Below the pieces are notes generated by a model, which did no database searches, had not been told where the DNA came from, and saw only the letters and a program-made list of their open reading frames with translations. The translations under genes and the position numbers were made by a program. Positions 1-9,175 of a stretch of DNA of 32,321 nucleotides are shown here, piece by piece; position 1 is the stretch's first letter, and every line of letters starts with the position of its first letter. This DNA comes from a virus (taxonomy: Duplodnaviria > Caudoviricetes): positions 1 through 32,321 of the IMG/VR virus record IMGVR_UViG_3300036793_000061; one strand, written 5' to 3'.

Positions 1-254
1 TAGCGGCCCCGGCGCAGGCTGGCGATTGCGCCGCCGTGCCTTCTTGCCACCGCGCTTCTCACCCGGGCTGTGCTCCCGCTGGTCTTTCTCTGCGCCGCGT
101 AGGACAGCGCCGCTCGATGGGTGGCGATCCGCTGCCGCTCGGATATCCCTGCTCTCGCTGCCTGCGTCCGGGTCGGCACCGGGTAGGCGCGCTTGCTGGG
201 GTACGCAAAGGCAGAGCTCGGCAGCTTGTTCCGCTGTGCTGCGGTCAGGGCCAT
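1..254 (-). CDS. DUF6582-like small basic protein (84 aa visible; runs off window edge)
   Basis: Not in ORF track. ATG at 254 after GGAGGTGACCA; MALTAAQRNKLPSSAFAYPSKRAYPVPT... resembles the R-x-x-LP-x-S-x-FA-x-P-x-x-R-x-YP motif; frame ends in TA at window edge. Confidence 0.6.
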   Translation of the reverse strand, partial: MALTAAQRNKLPSSAFAYPSKRAYPVPTRTQAARAGISERQRIATHRAALSYAAQRKTSGSTARVRSAVARRHGGAIASLRRGR

Positions 255-257
255 TGG

Positions 258-479
258 TCACCTCCTGTTTCTACCCTCCAGGGTAGGTGGGCCTCGGTGA
301 TCCCTGGTCAGCCAGGCCACCGCCGATTCCACCGGGACCAGGCCGAGCATGACCAGCCCGGCGACGAGTTGGCCGACTTGCGACACCGGGGAGGCGATGG
401 CGTCGATGACCACGGCGATGCCCAGCAGGAACAGGACCGTTTGCCGGGCGTGGAGGATCAGGTGACTGGCGCGCTCCAC
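258..479 (-). CDS. putative holin (two TM helices, charged C-terminus)
   Basis: Directly after endolysin; VLFLLGIAVVIDAIA and LVAGLVMLGLVPV segments; GTG 479 is a guessed start within the 258..887 ORF. Confidence 0.6.
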   Translation of the reverse strand: MERASHLILHARQTVLFLLGIAVVIDAIASPVSQVGQLVAGLVMLGLVPVESAVAWLTRDHRGPPTLEGRNRR

Positions 480-1312
480 GAGGCACCCCACGTGGACGGC
501 CCAACGAGGCCATCGACGCCAAGGCCTTTCTCGGCCTGGAACTGGCGGCACACGCTCTCGCTGGTCGGGCCGTAGTCGCCATCCGCTCCAGTCGGGCCAA
601 GGTTCCAGCCGCGGGCGATCATCTGGCGCTGCCAGGTCGCCACGTTCGTTGCGTCCGAGCCGCCGTAGTGCCCGGAGTGGCACAGCGGGTCTGGGCTCGG
701 TTGGCCCAGGTAGTCGTTCGGCCCATACGGCCATGCCGGCCCGGAGCTCGGCCCCGGAGGTGTCGGGGTTGGCGGGGTTGGGGCGGGAGCTCCGCCCGTC
801 GCCATCGACAGCACTTGATCCCAGGGGAAGTTGGGGCCAGGGTCGGTGTGGCCTCCACCCCACGAGCCCAGATCGCCATGCCCGCACACCCCGGCCGAGC
901 CGCCCTGCGCCTGGGCGGCCGAGAGCCGCACGATGGGAATGCCCAGCGCCGCTGCCTCCTCAGCGATCCACGCCGCGCAGTTCGCCAACATCTGCTGGTG
1001 TGATTGCCAGTCGGCCGCGCTCCAGCCCATCGCCGCGCCGCTCGGGGTGCAGAGCTCGGCCTGGGTGGCGACCGGGTTGGCGTTTCCAGCCGTCCAGGCC
1101 TTGCCTGACCGCGGCACGTACTCACCGACCGTGCCGGGCGTGTCGTCGATGCCGACGTGGCTGGAAACTCCGCTGGCCGGGTTGGCGAAAAAGCTGCCCA
1201 GGCTTTGGTAGGTGGTCGCACCCTCGGAGGTGTGGACCACGATGAGGCGCACCGTCGCCCCACCGCGGCTGGAGTAGTTCGGGCTGGGGATCGCCACCCG
1301 CCGCAGGCTCAT
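458..1312 (-). CDS. endolysin: N-acetylmuramoyl-L-alanine amidase + Pro-rich linker + peptidoglycan-binding domain
   Basis: IVVHTSEG, SSHVGID, GHGDL..HTDPGPNFPWD Zn-amidase motifs; C-terminal DGDYGPTS..FQAEKGLGVDGLVGPSTW PG_binding_1 pattern. Confidence 0.93.
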   Translation of the reverse strand: MSLRRVAIPSPNYSSRGGATVRLIVVHTSEGATTYQSLGSFFANPASGVSSHVGIDDTPGTVGEYVPRSGKAWTAGNANPVATQAELCTPSGAAMGWSAADWQSHQQMLANCAAWIAEEAAALGIPIVRLSAAQAQGGSAGVCGHGDLGSWGGGHTDPGPNFPWDQVLSMATGGAPAPTPPTPTPPGPSSGPAWPYGPNDYLGQPSPDPLCHSGHYGGSDATNVATWQRQMIARGWNLGPTGADGDYGPTSESVCRQFQAEKGLGVDGLVGPSTWGASWSAPVT

Positions 1313-1413
1313 GTCGGCTGCGGCTCGGGCTCGTGGTCGGGCTCGGTGTCGGGGTCAGGCTGCGGTTCGGGCCACTCGGGCTGGGGCTCGGTCTGGGTCG
1401 GTGTGACGCTCAT
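1309..1413 (-). CDS. 34-aa Pro/Glu/Gln-rich peptide
   Basis: MSVTPTQTEPQPEWPEPQPDPDTEPDHEPEPQPT; GGAGG RBS; ATGA overlaps with both neighbouring genes. Confidence 0.65.
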   Translation of the reverse strand: MSVTPTQTEPQPEWPEPQPDPDTEPDHEPEPQPT

Positions 1414-1754
1414 GGGGTTCCTCCAATCGGGGTGCCGTCCTCGTTGAAATAGAGGCCAGCGACGACAGGCCAGTTGGCCTGGGTCAATGAGAGCAGGTCG
1501 GCGTCGGTGATCTTGGCCTGGTCAATCGTCCCATCGCCGTTGTCGGCTTTGTCAGCGATGCCAGGCCCGCCAGCCTCGATGCGGATGAAGGCATTGGTGA
1601 TGAGGCCGTCGCCTTGCAGGCAGGCGTTGGCGACCGCCACCCAGGCCGGGCGGGCGTCGTCCTTGAAAGTCTCGGCCTGCTGCACGCAGCAGGAACGCAC
1701 CCGGCCGCTGAAGGTGACGTCATTGGTTAGCTGGTCTTGAGCCTGATAGGACAT
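1410..1754 (-). CDS. hypothetical tail-region protein
   Basis: 114 aa, GGAGG RBS, between minor tail gene and lysin. Confidence 0.7.
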   Translation of the reverse strand: MSYQAQDQLTNDVTFSGRVRSCCVQQAETFKDDARPAWVAVANACLQGDGLITNAFIRIEAGGPGIADKADNGDGTIDQAKITDADLLSLTQANWPVVAGLYFNEDGTPIGGTP

Positions 1755-1757
1755 GGG

Positions 1758-2639
1758 TCATCCTCCAACGTCGGTGACGGATATGTGGCAGTAGTTGGGC
1801 GACACCCGCAGCGCCCCGGCACCCGAGGTGGCGGCCACAGCGATGGTCTCGGAGGCCAGCCCGGCCTGGAAGATCTGTTGGGCCGAGCCGCTGACGAACT
1901 GCCCGGTGGCGAGGCTGGCCCACGAGACCAACCGCTGTTGGCTAATCGCGATGTTGCTGACGGAGGTGAGGTTGATGTAGCCGCCGGTGGAGGTGGCGGT
2001 GATCTGGTTGCCCATCCCCCAGGCGGTCAGCAGATACCAGCGGCCCACGGTCAGAGCCACCGTGAGCGAATGGATATTGACGGGGGTCGCGCCCGCGTCG
2101 GTCTGCGCAGGGTTCCAGGCCGAGCTCACCCGGCCTCGCGGCGAGGAGGCTGGGAGCGGTCCCGGGATGGCCAGGCCGCTCGGGCGCACGTCGGTCAGGT
2201 TGCCCGCCACAATCGACGCAGCCCCGCCCGGGACGGTGACCCGGTAGAGGGCAACGGTGCCAGCCGGGGTGGCCGGGACGGCCGGGCTGGCGGCGGGCAC
2301 CCCGGCCACCACGTCGAAGATGAAGTCAGTATTGCTGGAGCCGTCAAGGTCGTTGTCCCGCGGCCGGCAGATGACAAGGTCGATGCGGCTGGTGCCCGAC
2401 CCGGGCGCGGCCCCGATGATGACCTGCTCGACGGCATCGGAGACACACAGGGTTGAGCCGGTGTTGTTTTGGCTGGGGACGGCCACCGAGCCCGGGGCGA
2501 CGTTGAGGGTCATGCCCGAGGCCACCGTCACCGCGCAGCCGGTGCTGGCCGCGGCAGGCCATAGGGCGGCGAGAAGTCGCCTGTCCTGGCTGGCCGCATA
2601 GGAGCCGTCCTGAACGTACATGGGGGTGTAGCGGGTCAC
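1758..2639 (-). CDS. minor tail protein / putative receptor-binding protein
   Basis: N-terminal GMTLNVAPG..RIDLVICR..P.VPATP.G..ALYRVTV pattern typical of actinophage minor tail proteins; beta-rich C-terminus. Confidence 0.8.
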   Translation of the reverse strand: MTRYTPMYVQDGSYAASQDRRLLAALWPAAASTGCAVTVASGMTLNVAPGSVAVPSQNNTGSTLCVSDAVEQVIIGAAPGSGTSRIDLVICRPRDNDLDGSSNTDFIFDVVAGVPAASPAVPATPAGTVALYRVTVPGGAASIVAGNLTDVRPSGLAIPGPLPASSPRGRVSSAWNPAQTDAGATPVNIHSLTVALTVGRWYLLTAWGMGNQITATSTGGYINLTSVSNIAISQQRLVSWASLATGQFVSGSAQQIFQAGLASETIAVAATSGAGALRVSPNYCHISVTDVGG

Positions 2640-2640
2640 G

Positions 2641-3939
2641 TCATCTCCTCGCCAAAGCGTTCACATCCCGGTGGGCGTCTTTGAGTATCTCGGCCAAGGT
2701 CACCGTGGGCCGGGTCACGGTGAGGGCCACGTCCTCTTGGCCGTCGTCGCCAATGTCCCAGGCGATGCCCAATACCCGCACAGTCGTATTCACGTCGAGC
2801 CGCCCGGACTGGATGAGCAGCGGCACGGTGTCGCCCATGTTCGGGTTGCCCATCGAGTAGGCCCCGGGGCGCAGCCCGAGCGTGTAGCTGGGCTCCAAAA
2901 TCCCTGACAGGGCCAGGTCGCCTTGGGCCTTCTGGTCCAGCGTCGATTGGATATTCACGTCGCTGGCGTTGTCCTGATTCATCCACAGCCCGATGGGCAG
3001 CGCCCCAACGTTGTTGGCGTCAGAGTTCCAGGCCTCCGAGTACATCTGGGCGGCGTTCTGATCGGAGCTCCCGTTGTTGCCGATGACCCGCCAGTAGTTG
3101 GCATAGTCGCTGGAGTTCACCGAGCGGGTCACCGTCGCCACCGAGCTCCCGTAGGCCAGGGCCGGGGCCGTCCGGGTCACTCCCTGCTGCGGGTAGAACA
3201 GGCGCAGCCGGTCCACCCCCCACGCGTCCGAGCGGGGCCACACGTCGTAGTCGAATCCGCCGATCACCTTGGCGAGATCATCGATGATGTTGCCGATGAC
3301 AGAGCCGCCAAGGTACGAGCGGTCACGTAGCTGACCCGACCAGGAGCGGTCAGAGCCGTCCGGGTTGACGATGGAGAAGGCCAACGGCAGAACGGAGCCG
3401 GGATAGAAAACGTCAGCGCCGGTGGCGGCGGTCGGGTGGTTGGCGACGGCGAGCATCCCGGAGACAATGGCGTCCTGGTCGGTCTGGGTGTAGTTGACCG
3501 GGGTTGGCCCGGTCAGGATGCGGCGCTGGAGCATGGCCAGGTAGTCGTGGCAGGTGAAGGTCACCGTGTGCCCGTCGTCGGTGATCTGGTCCTCCGATTG
3601 GGTGATCGGGCCACGAAACATTGGGATATCGCGCCCGGTCTGGTCGTCCCAACGCCAGGCGATCACGTCCTGCTGGAGCTCGAGAATGCTGGCGGCGGCA
3701 GGGCTCCTGCCGTCCACGGTGAAAGAAAGCAGCGCCGATTGGCACCAGTTGGTTTCCAGGTGGCGGCTGCGGGCGGTGATGAGCTCGGCCAGGCCGGTGT
3801 CGCTCGGGTAGGACCCAGGCCCGGCAGGGCCGAACACCCGGCGATGGAGGGTGAGCCGCCAGCGGCCGCGCCCACCCGGAATGGGGTAGGTGCCCGGCGC
3901 GGCCAGGGTGGCGAGCTCCTCCGGGCTGTGCGAGCTCAC
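2641..3939 (-). CDS. minor tail / baseplate hub protein (Gp37-like)
   Basis: Follows Dit; FRGPI..VTFTCHDY, GFDYDV, MGDTVPL..RVLGI motifs. Confidence 0.75.
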   Translation of the reverse strand: MSSHSPEELATLAAPGTYPIPGGRGRWRLTLHRRVFGPAGPGSYPSDTGLAELITARSRHLETNWCQSALLSFTVDGRSPAAASILELQQDVIAWRWDDQTGRDIPMFRGPITQSEDQITDDGHTVTFTCHDYLAMLQRRILTGPTPVNYTQTDQDAIVSGMLAVANHPTAATGADVFYPGSVLPLAFSIVNPDGSDRSWSGQLRDRSYLGGSVIGNIIDDLAKVIGGFDYDVWPRSDAWGVDRLRLFYPQQGVTRTAPALAYGSSVATVTRSVNSSDYANYWRVIGNNGSSDQNAAQMYSEAWNSDANNVGALPIGLWMNQDNASDVNIQSTLDQKAQGDLALSGILEPSYTLGLRPGAYSMGNPNMGDTVPLLIQSGRLDVNTTVRVLGIAWDIGDDGQEDVALTVTRPTVTLAEILKDAHRDVNALARR

Positions 3940-4844
3940 AGCAGGTACCTGTCATTCCAGACGGCCTGGACTTGGGTGATGCTCGACGTGGAGGTGCCGG
4001 TCATCGTCATCGAAACGCCAGCGGCGGCAGGGGGCACCGGGTTGATGACCGGCCACGTCGAGCTCTGCCAGTCCAGCGCGGTCATCACCGGCTGGTTGCG
4101 GTCGCCGTCCAGCCAGGCCGTCTTGTCGTAGCAGTCCACCTCCACGTAGTGGCCTGCGCCGACGGTGAACCACGTGTGAAAGTAGATGCGGGTCTGCGGC
4201 GACTGGCCTGCCCCCTGCGGGTAGAAGCGCACGGTGGGGTAGGTGACCGGCCCCCATATCAGCAGCTTGGGCCGGATGGGCAGATCACCGGCCGGGCTGA
4301 TAATGCCAGTCGTCGGTGAGTTTCCTCCCACCGGGTACACCAGCGGGTAGGTGCGGCTGTAGACCCGGCCCGGGCTGACCGAGCTCCCGGCGAAGGCAAC
4401 GACGGTGTGCTGGTTGGGGTCTTTGGCGTCGGGGTCGGCGCACACCCATTGGAGTTGTATGTCCCGCTGGAACGGCCCGACGATGGGCCACGAATAGCCT
4501 GACGGGCGCAGGTTCATTGTCCGCTCGGGCGCGCCGGGGCGGTCCAGCACGTAGTGGAGCACCGGCCGGGCCGAGGGCACCATGAACGGCGAGAAGGCAG
4601 TCGCGACAGCGTCGATTTGCGCCCCGGCCCCGGACAGGGCGGTCAGCGCGGCGCTGACGGTGCGCGGCCCCAAGAACTGTGTCTGGTCGTCGGCCCCGTT
4701 CTGATCGGGCTTGTTGGCGATGACTTCCCTGACCACCGGGTAGCCCAAGTCGAGCTCGGCGCAGAAGTACCCGGAGCCCACATCTTCCAGCGGCATCGTC
4801 AAGGTGCCGAGGGTGAGCCAGGCCTGGCGCACGCACCCGTTCAC
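3936..4844 (-). CDS. distal tail (Dit)-like protein
   Basis: First gene after tape measure; LDLGYP.VRE, GPRTV, W..ADP, YPLVYP, GD.P..P...IWGP. Confidence 0.75.
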   Translation of the reverse strand: MNGCVRQAWLTLGTLTMPLEDVGSGYFCAELDLGYPVVREVIANKPDQNGADDQTQFLGPRTVSAALTALSGAGAQIDAVATAFSPFMVPSARPVLHYVLDRPGAPERTMNLRPSGYSWPIVGPFQRDIQLQWVCADPDAKDPNQHTVVAFAGSSVSPGRVYSRTYPLVYPVGGNSPTTGIISPAGDLPIRPKLLIWGPVTYPTVRFYPQGAGQSPQTRIYFHTWFTVGAGHYVEVDCYDKTAWLDGDRNQPVMTALDWQSSTWPVINPVPPAAAGVSMTMTGTSTSSITQVQAVWNDRYLL

Positions 4845-4876
4845 CGGGAGCTCCCGGCCGAGCTCGGCGGGCTCAC

Positions 4877-4983
4877 CGCAGAGGTGGCTAGCTTGCGGCC
4901 TCCCGGGCGCAGAGTGCTCGGGATGGGCGAGGGCCCACGCCGGGCCGGGCCGGGCCGTAGAACGCAGCAGAGCACGTCAGACG
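4877..4983. repeat. ~107-bp dyad element, copy A (right arm most degenerate)
   Basis: cgcagaggtggctagcttgcggcctcccgggcgcagagtgctcgggatgg aligns to reverse complement of 13681-13730. Confidence 0.6.
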
Positions 4984-7076
4984 GCCCTGGTGCGGACCAC
5001 CCAGGCGACCTGGCGCATGAAGCCGTCCACGTCGAGCTCGGTGGCGAAGTTCGCTTGCTGGATCAGCACGGCCGGGCCTCCCAGGCCTTTCGGGGTGGGG
5101 GAGATGACCTCACCGGCGTGGGCGAGCACCAACCCGGTTGACGTAATCAGGCCTCCCTGGGCGAGCTTGGGAATGTCGGGGATCAACTGCCCGGTGTGAA
5201 TGTCGAGCTTGGGCAGGGTCACCGGGCCGACCTTCTGGCCGCCCACCGAGAAGTTGAGGGCGGTGTGCTCGGCCATCGTGTTCCAGATGCCGATGACGCC
5301 ATTGACGGCACCCCGGGCCGCGCCCAGCAGGCTGTCGAATGCGTGCGAGGCGACGTTGGCGACCTTGCCCGGTATCCCGGCGATGAAGCCAACCAGGCCA
5401 TTGAAGATGCCCTCGATGCCGTTCACGACACCTTGGACCGTGGAGGTGATGCCGTTCCACGCCCCGCGAATCCAGCCGACCGCAGCGGAGATGGTGCTCG
5501 TCAGTGCCCCGTAGAGGGTGCCCCAGGTGGAGCGAATCCAAGAGACGACAGAGCCGACAGCCCCGACCACCGCGCCCCAGGCCCCGGCGATCCAGCGGAT
5601 AGCTGCCGAGACTGGGGTGACCAGGAACGAGTACACCGAGCCCCACGCCGACGCGATCCAATGCCAAACGGCCTGTATCCCGCCAAGGATCTGGGACCAG
5701 TATTTGTAGATCAGTGCCGCGGCCAGGCCGATTGGGCCGAGCAGGATGCCGAGCAGCAGCGGCCAGTTGGCCTTGATCCAGTTCCACACGTCGGCCACGA
5801 TCTTTTTGATGAAACCCCAGATGGTGCCCCAGTTGCGGTAGAGCACATAGCCGATGGCGACCAGCGCCACCACGGCACCGATTATCAGCAGGATCGGACC
5901 CAGCGCGGCCCAACTCGATGCGGCCTCCACGTCCTCAGCGGCAGAGGCCACTTTGGCTGCGTCGGCCACACCCTTTTGGGCGCTGGAAAAGGACTTCATG
6001 ATTCCCTGACCAGCCGAGATGGCCCCGCCCAGCACGCCCATTGCCGCCCCGGCCGCGGTGATGGCCGGGCCGTACTTCTGGCCGAAGGTGGCGGCGGCAT
6101 CCTCGACGCGGGCCTTGAGGGCATTGAGTTTTCCGCCGAAGGAGTCGGCCGCGGCAGAGGCCTGGCCGTGGAGTTTCTGGGAGAGCTCGGTCATCACCGT
6201 GCTCTGGTTGTGCGCGGACTGCTTGGCGGTGTCCTGGGCTGCGGCCAGTTTCTTGTGGGCGTCCTGGGCTTTGAGGGTGGCGTCGGCCACCTTCTGCTGG
6301 GCGTCCCTGAGCCGGATGGCCTCGGAGGTGGTGAGCTTCTTTTTGCCCGCGTCCAGGGCCTCAATGTCGATGAGGTGCTGCTTGGCCGACGCCAGGGCCT
6401 TGTCAGCGGCCTGCGCCTGTTTGGTCGCTGTCTCCAAAGCCTTGGTGGCGGTAGTGGCCTTCGGCAGCGCGGTCAGGCCGAAGTCCTTGAGCAGCTTGGC
6501 GTTTCCGTTGTAGGCCCGGCCCAACTGCGTGGCGGCGGTGGTCAGGCTCTCGTGCTTGGCCGCGGCCAGGTCGCTGGCCGTGCCCAGGTATTGCAGGGCC
6601 TTGGCCGGGTCGCCGGTGGCCTGCGTCAGCGCAGCCAGCGCGTCTTGGGTTTGGCTGGCGGTGTTGCCAAACTTCTCCTGGCTCTTGATGGCCTTTTCGA
6701 CCTGCCCCTCGTAGTCGTCATACGAGTGGCCGGTGGCGGCGACCGCGGCCTGTAGCTGCTGGTGGGCGGCCTGATCCTTCGAGCCCAGCGCGGCCAGGCC
6801 GACGCCGATGCCCGCCAGCGCCCCGCCCACGCCCATCATGGCCGGGCCGATGGCTTTGCCGTGCTCGGCCACCCGGCTCACAGCCTCGTCAATGCCCGAC
6901 AGGGCCTCACCGAACGGCCCCAGCACGCCAGTGGAGTTCAGGGTGGACAGCACGCCCTGGAAGGCATTGTGAAGGCCCTTGGCGGCGTCAGAGCCGTGCG
7001 ACGCGGCCGAGCCGAACGACTTGGCCAGCCCCGTCACATCGCCCAGCACCCGGACGACTACGGACGGCCCGGCCAT
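4977..7076 (-). CDS. tape measure protein (699 aa)
   Basis: Longest tail gene, Ala/Gly-rich helical, Trp-periodic repeats, hydrophobic segments, follows chaperone genes. Confidence 0.92.
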   Translation of the reverse strand: MAGPSVVVRVLGDVTGLAKSFGSAASHGSDAAKGLHNAFQGVLSTLNSTGVLGPFGEALSGIDEAVSRVAEHGKAIGPAMMGVGGALAGIGVGLAALGSKDQAAHQQLQAAVAATGHSYDDYEGQVEKAIKSQEKFGNTASQTQDALAALTQATGDPAKALQYLGTASDLAAAKHESLTTAATQLGRAYNGNAKLLKDFGLTALPKATTATKALETATKQAQAADKALASAKQHLIDIEALDAGKKKLTTSEAIRLRDAQQKVADATLKAQDAHKKLAAAQDTAKQSAHNQSTVMTELSQKLHGQASAAADSFGGKLNALKARVEDAAATFGQKYGPAITAAGAAMGVLGGAISAGQGIMKSFSSAQKGVADAAKVASAAEDVEAASSWAALGPILLIIGAVVALVAIGYVLYRNWGTIWGFIKKIVADVWNWIKANWPLLLGILLGPIGLAAALIYKYWSQILGGIQAVWHWIASAWGSVYSFLVTPVSAAIRWIAGAWGAVVGAVGSVVSWIRSTWGTLYGALTSTISAAVGWIRGAWNGITSTVQGVVNGIEGIFNGLVGFIAGIPGKVANVASHAFDSLLGAARGAVNGVIGIWNTMAEHTALNFSVGGQKVGPVTLPKLDIHTGQLIPDIPKLAQGGLITSTGLVLAHAGEVISPTPKGLGGPAVLIQQANFATELDVDGFMRQVAWVVRTRAV

Positions 7077-7080
7077 CAGA

Positions 7081-7257
7081 TCACTTCCTCAGACGGGCTG
7101 TGTCGGCGTTGGCCTTCTGAATGGCCTCGGCCTCGGTGACCATCCGGCGCACCATCGCGTCCCACGTGGCGTCGGGGAGCTCGTCCACGTCGGCCGGGCT
7201 CACCCGGTAAAAGGCACAGAAGGCAGCGATGGCGTCGGCACGCTGCCGTTCGTAGGG
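7081..7257 (-). CDS. tail assembly chaperone -1 frame extension (gpGT-like)
   Basis: -1 frame reads PYERQRADAIAAFCAFYRVSPADVDELPDATWDAMVRRMVTEAEAIQKANADTARLRK*, stopping 4 nt before the TMP ATG. Confidence 0.7.
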   Translation of the reverse strand, partial: PYERQRADAIAAFCAFYRVSPADVDELPDATWDAMVRRMVTEAEAIQKANADTARLRK

Positions 7258-7604
7258 TCCACGTCGAGTATGCCCACCTCCACGTCATAGGCGTGCATCC
7301 ACAACGAGGTGGGATCGCGCTGCGGGTAGTCGCGCAGCAGAGCCCGGAACGCGATCATCCGGGGCGGCTGATCCTCCATGAGATCGCCAAACTTCGTGCC
7401 GGGCTCAAGCCTTTTCAGCAGGTCGATGACCCGCTGCGAGGGCAGCCGGGCGATGAAAGCCTGCGTACATTGGACGAGCTCGGGCAGCGGGCCGGTGTCG
7501 GGCTCGGTCAGGCGGTGCATGAACGCTTCAGTCTCGGCGTGGGGGTTGTAGGCGGCAGGCTCGGGCTCGGGCTCGGGCGGTGGCGAGGGTTGCGGGTCAG
7601 TCAT
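7200..7604 (-). CDS. tail assembly chaperone (gpG-like)
   Basis: Position upstream of TMP; overlapping -1 frame ORF. Confidence 0.75.
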   Translation of the reverse strand: MTDPQPSPPPEPEPEPAAYNPHAETEAFMHRLTEPDTGPLPELVQCTQAFIARLPSQRVIDLLKRLEPGTKFGDLMEDQPPRMIAFRALLRDYPQRDPTSLWMHAYDVEVGILDVDPTNGSVPTPSLPSVPFTG

Positions 7605-8061
7605 GGACGGCCTCCGGGTTGGCGCTGGTGTTGGTCCAAATGGCTGTGCGGCCGAACAGGTCGTTGATGGCGTTGGAGTATTCGGTCACGGCCCGATGGG
7701 CTTCACCCTCGGCAGCGGGGAACAGGTAGCGGCCGTTGGGCATGTACGGCCGCTCGCCCGGGTAGCCGCCGAAGTCCACCGGCCCTGCGTAGGGCACAGA
7801 CTTTGACCCCATCCGCACCGCGGCCCCGGAGCGGTAGGCCGACACCCGCAGGCTCCCGGCCAGAGCTCCCGAGCGGTGGCCCCGGCTGGCCGTGCCGACC
7901 GGCAGGCTGCCCCGGGTGCGGCCCACGATGGGCTGCACCGCCGCGTACCCGGCCTTTTTCATGGCCGCGAACAGGGCGCTGCGCTCGTTCTTGCACAGCC
8001 CGTCCACGTCTTTCATCAGCGCCTTGAGGCCGATGACCTGGGCGAGAGCCTGCTGGGACAC
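7597..8061 (-). CDS. HK97 gp10-like tail completion protein
   Basis: V.GLK.L, SGALAGSLR, VPYAGPVDFG, YLFPA motifs. Confidence 0.6.
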   Translation of the reverse strand: MSQQALAQVIGLKALMKDVDGLCKNERSALFAAMKKAGYAAVQPIVGRTRGSLPVGTASRGHRSGALAGSLRVSAYRSGAAVRMGSKSVPYAGPVDFGGYPGERPYMPNGRYLFPAAEGEAHRAVTEYSNAINDLFGRTAIWTNTSANPEAVHD

Positions 8062-8068
8062 AGGCCGC

Positions 8069-8755
8069 TCAGGCCTTGCCGGCGACCCAGGCTGAGCCCG
8101 ACCAGTGGGCGGCCAGCAGGTCGGCGGTGATGACGTACTGGCCTACCGTCCACGCTGAGGCGGGGCTGGCGGTGATCCCGGCCAGCGCGCCCACGTTGGC
8201 TGGCACGGTCGCCCCGGACGGGGTGAAATACCCGGGCGCACCGGCTGTGGCCCCGACAGCCGCGACCACGCCCTTGTCCACGGTCGGCCATTGGGTCAGG
8301 TTCCAGTCGATTTGAACCTGGCTGGCCGCGCCAGCATCTCCGGTGAGCAGATCAAACGGCTGGGGGATGGCGAAGCCAGAGATAATGGGGTTGTTGGCCG
8401 CGGCCACCTTGCTGGAATACGGCCGGGCCTTGAAGTTGGCCGGGGTGCCCGAGCTCTGGTAGGCGTTGTAGGCGGCAGTGAGCGTGTCATAAACAGCCCC
8501 CACGTCAAACGACTGGTAGAACGTGGCCCGCAGGTGCCACTTGATCGCGCCCGGGTAGTCAGTCTCCGCGCAAAACGATGTGACCGTTACAGCCTTCACC
8601 TCGGGGCTGACCTCGAGATGCTGGACGAGGCAGCGCAGGTTGACGCCGGTCAACTCGAAGTAGGCGTCATTGAGGATGAGCGGCGATGCCGGTACTGGCG
8701 CGGGGTCGCCGGTGGCCTCGGCCTCGGGGTGGTCGTGTTCCATCACATCGGTCAT
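8069..8755 (-). CDS. major tail protein
   Basis: Position after tail terminator; tail-tube-like N-terminal region plus short Trp-containing C-terminal extension; GGAGG RBS. Confidence 0.75.
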   Translation of the reverse strand: MTDVMEHDHPEAEATGDPAPVPASPLILNDAYFELTGVNLRCLVQHLEVSPEVKAVTVTSFCAETDYPGAIKWHLRATFYQSFDVGAVYDTLTAAYNAYQSSGTPANFKARPYSSKVAAANNPIISGFAIPQPFDLLTGDAGAASQVQIDWNLTQWPTVDKGVVAAVGATAGAPGYFTPSGATVPANVGALAGITASPASAWTVGQYVITADLLAAHWSGSAWVAGKA

Positions 8756-8770
8756 GGCGTTTGCCTCCTG

Positions 8771-9175
8771 TCACATTTGGATGGTGAAAATCACTTCGGC
8801 CCGGAACAGGTCTGTCCCGGCCACGTTGATCTGCCCCCAGTTGCGCTCGGCGGTGGGGTAGCAGATTTGGACCGCGCCGCCGAGCGTGGAGTCAACGACG
8901 CCAGCGCGGACATTGGCGACGAGCTCGGCCACCAGATCTGACCCGTCGAACGGCCCCACGCAGGCCACCGGCAGGGTGGCCTGGTCGATGCCCGGGGCGA
9001 TCACAGAGAAGTTCACCTCTATGGGCCAGCCGATGACGATGGCGGGCGGGTTGACCGTCCCGGGCGGCTGCTCGAAAATCGTGGCCGGGGCAGACGTGCT
9101 CAGCGGGTTGACGAGGGGCGCGTTGGCGAGCTCGTTGGCGAGGGCCTTGGCCGCGGTGGCCCGATCCCAACTCAT
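8771..9175 (-). CDS. tail terminator / head-tail joining protein
   Basis: PPGTVNPPAIVIG and DSTLGGAV motifs; synteny. Confidence 0.7.
   Translation of the reverse strand: MSWDRATAAKALANELANAPLVNPLSTSAPATIFEQPPGTVNPPAIVIGWPIEVNFSVIAPGIDQATLPVACVGPFDGSDLVAELVANVRAGVVDSTLGGAVQICYPTAERNWGQINVAGTDLFRAEVIFTIQM

Noticed and set aside
1758-2639. Diversity-generating retroelement target
   Set aside because: No reverse transcriptase and no template/variable repeat pair seen
4841-4975. 44-aa ORF between TMP and Dit with GTGA overlap (similarly 13582-13764)
   Set aside because: Coincides with the dyad element and has no protein-like features; at most a translational coupling filler
5196-6755. 519-aa plus-strand ORF and many other long antisense ORFs (e.g. 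12342-13442, 27605-28630)
   Set aside because: Shadow frames of GC3-rich minus-strand genes; no motifs or RBS
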